Part shown: positions 63,068-64,000 of the stretch, piece by piece | How positions within the stretch are numbered: position 1 is the stretch's first letter | Layout of the letters: each line of letters starts with the position of its first letter | Source of the DNA: Takakia lepidozioides | Lineage: Eukaryota; Plantae; Bryophyta | Direction of reading: 5' to 3' | Assembly (NCBI GenBank): GCA_030704615.1 | Contig: CM060733.1 | Span: 56,296,001 to 56,360,000 of the forward strand | DNA: 64,000 bases | Notes under the pieces: model-generated | Told to the model about the DNA's origin: nothing | Database searches by the model: none | Seen by the model: the letters and a program-made list of their open reading frames with translations, nothing else | Made by a program: the position numbers and the translations under genes

Positions 63068-63384
63068 CTAGTCTTTCTCACACTCTGTGTGTCTTCCCTG
63101 GCCCTTGTTGGGGTCTAATTGCTGGGCAGCTCACACACAGCAGATTGATGCTCGTGTGAAGGGATTTCTAGGAGAACCTGGAAAGCTGTTTATACCAAGG
63201 TAAGTCCCACTACTAGAGTGAGCCCCTGACAAAGGTAGCGTCTGTTCCCTCTTGTTCTACCCAAACTGGGCATAGGGTCTATGACAACATCATCTCATGA
63301 GTACATTCTCTGTCTTCCTTTTGCATGACTTATCTACACTGTCTTTAAAGAACAAAGTTCTTGAGCAGTTATGGGTGCTTGCAG

Positions 63385-63548
63385 GCTTCAAGAAAGATAA
63401 TGAGTCTAAGAAATCTGAAACGAAAAGGAAAGGTGGGGTCAGAAAGAGAAAGCCTGATGGTGACACTAAAGAGGGGGAAGCAAATTCAAGAGAGGAGCTT
63501 GAGGATGGCGTTGCCATGGTGGCAGATTACAGTTCGCTGGAAACTTAA
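63385..63548 (+). CDS. DPB4: Terminal exon of the same DPB4/NF-YB11-like gene
   Basis: TTGCAG acceptor; phase 1 matches the donor at 1781, giving ...RAALAG-FKKDNESKKSETKRK..., as expected for the plant NF-YB11 tail (L..FKKxN..KK). Ends at TAA. Implies a 61,604-bp intron. Confidence 0.75.
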
Positions 63549-63788
63549 CACTAATAGGCACAAGCACAAGATAGAGAGATACTTGTCTCAAAATTGGTGG
63601 ACAGTGGAAACTTTGAAAGTAGACCAACAATGTTCTTTGGACCTGTGGAAGTTTCATAGGGGAACTGATTTCTTTGACAATGGCAATGGTGTCTGTTCAT
63701 TCTGAGGTCATGAGGTCATCTCTCATTATTCAGCTTGTGGTGTAGTTAACAATTCAACACAAATTGGACAACATTGTTTGGACCCACG

Positions 63789-64000
63789 GTGGTTTCATCA
63801 CGTGGAACACAATGCTTGCAGGGTATGTACAGCAAGGGCGTGGTATGGAGGCATTGGAGACCTATGATCAAATGATGGGGGAAGGGGTGAAGCCCGACCA
63901 CATCACGTTCTATGCATTTGCAATGCGTATGCAAGCCTGGCAGCTCTGGAAAAGGGTGAAGAGGTGCATGACGATCAAATCTGGAATTGTACCCGATGTC
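63789..64000 (+). pseudogene. PLS-class pentatricopeptide-repeat fragment (frameshifted)
   Basis: WNTMLAGYVQQGRGMEALETYDQMMGEGVKPDHITF, then after a frameshift CNAYASLAALEKGEEVH. Confidence 0.7.

Overview
Land-plant genomic DNA, probably a fern or lycophyte (giant TE-filled intron, PLS-type PPR fragment). Almost the whole window is one ~61.6-kb intron (1781-63384) of a histone-fold gene (NF-YB11/DPB4/POLE3-like; exons 1662-1780 and 63385-63548). The intron holds a nest of transposons, five of six delimited by target-site duplications (TSDs). (A) Ty3/gypsy LTR element 1976-63067, minus strand, TSD CTAGT. (E) CACTA element 4435-19676, TSD CTC, inside A; it contains (F) a Penelope-like RT element with approximate ends. 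(B) MULE 23701-57117, 9-bp TSD ACAACCTGC, inside A's RNase H. (C) A second MULE 29180-39091 in an intron of B's cargo gene. (D) A Ty3/gypsy element 39706-51639, TSD AGTG, in an exon of B's cargo gene. Two candidate novel systems stand out. First, MULEs B and C carry a conserved, intron-containing cargo gene head-to-head with the transposase; it encodes a ParB/Srx-like domain (B only) and a beta-class amino-DNA-methyltransferase-like fold, and each element has its own arrays of palindromes. Second, gypsy element D has a DNMT3-like C5 methyltransferase in its polyprotein, a UAG-CAA-CCA readthrough context, a PHD-tailed integrase and a self-complementary PBS. Its ends are split direct repeats that match a 2-LTR circle opened at an internal GACA-GC-TGTC palindrome. 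All domain calls are from motif recognition, not database searches.
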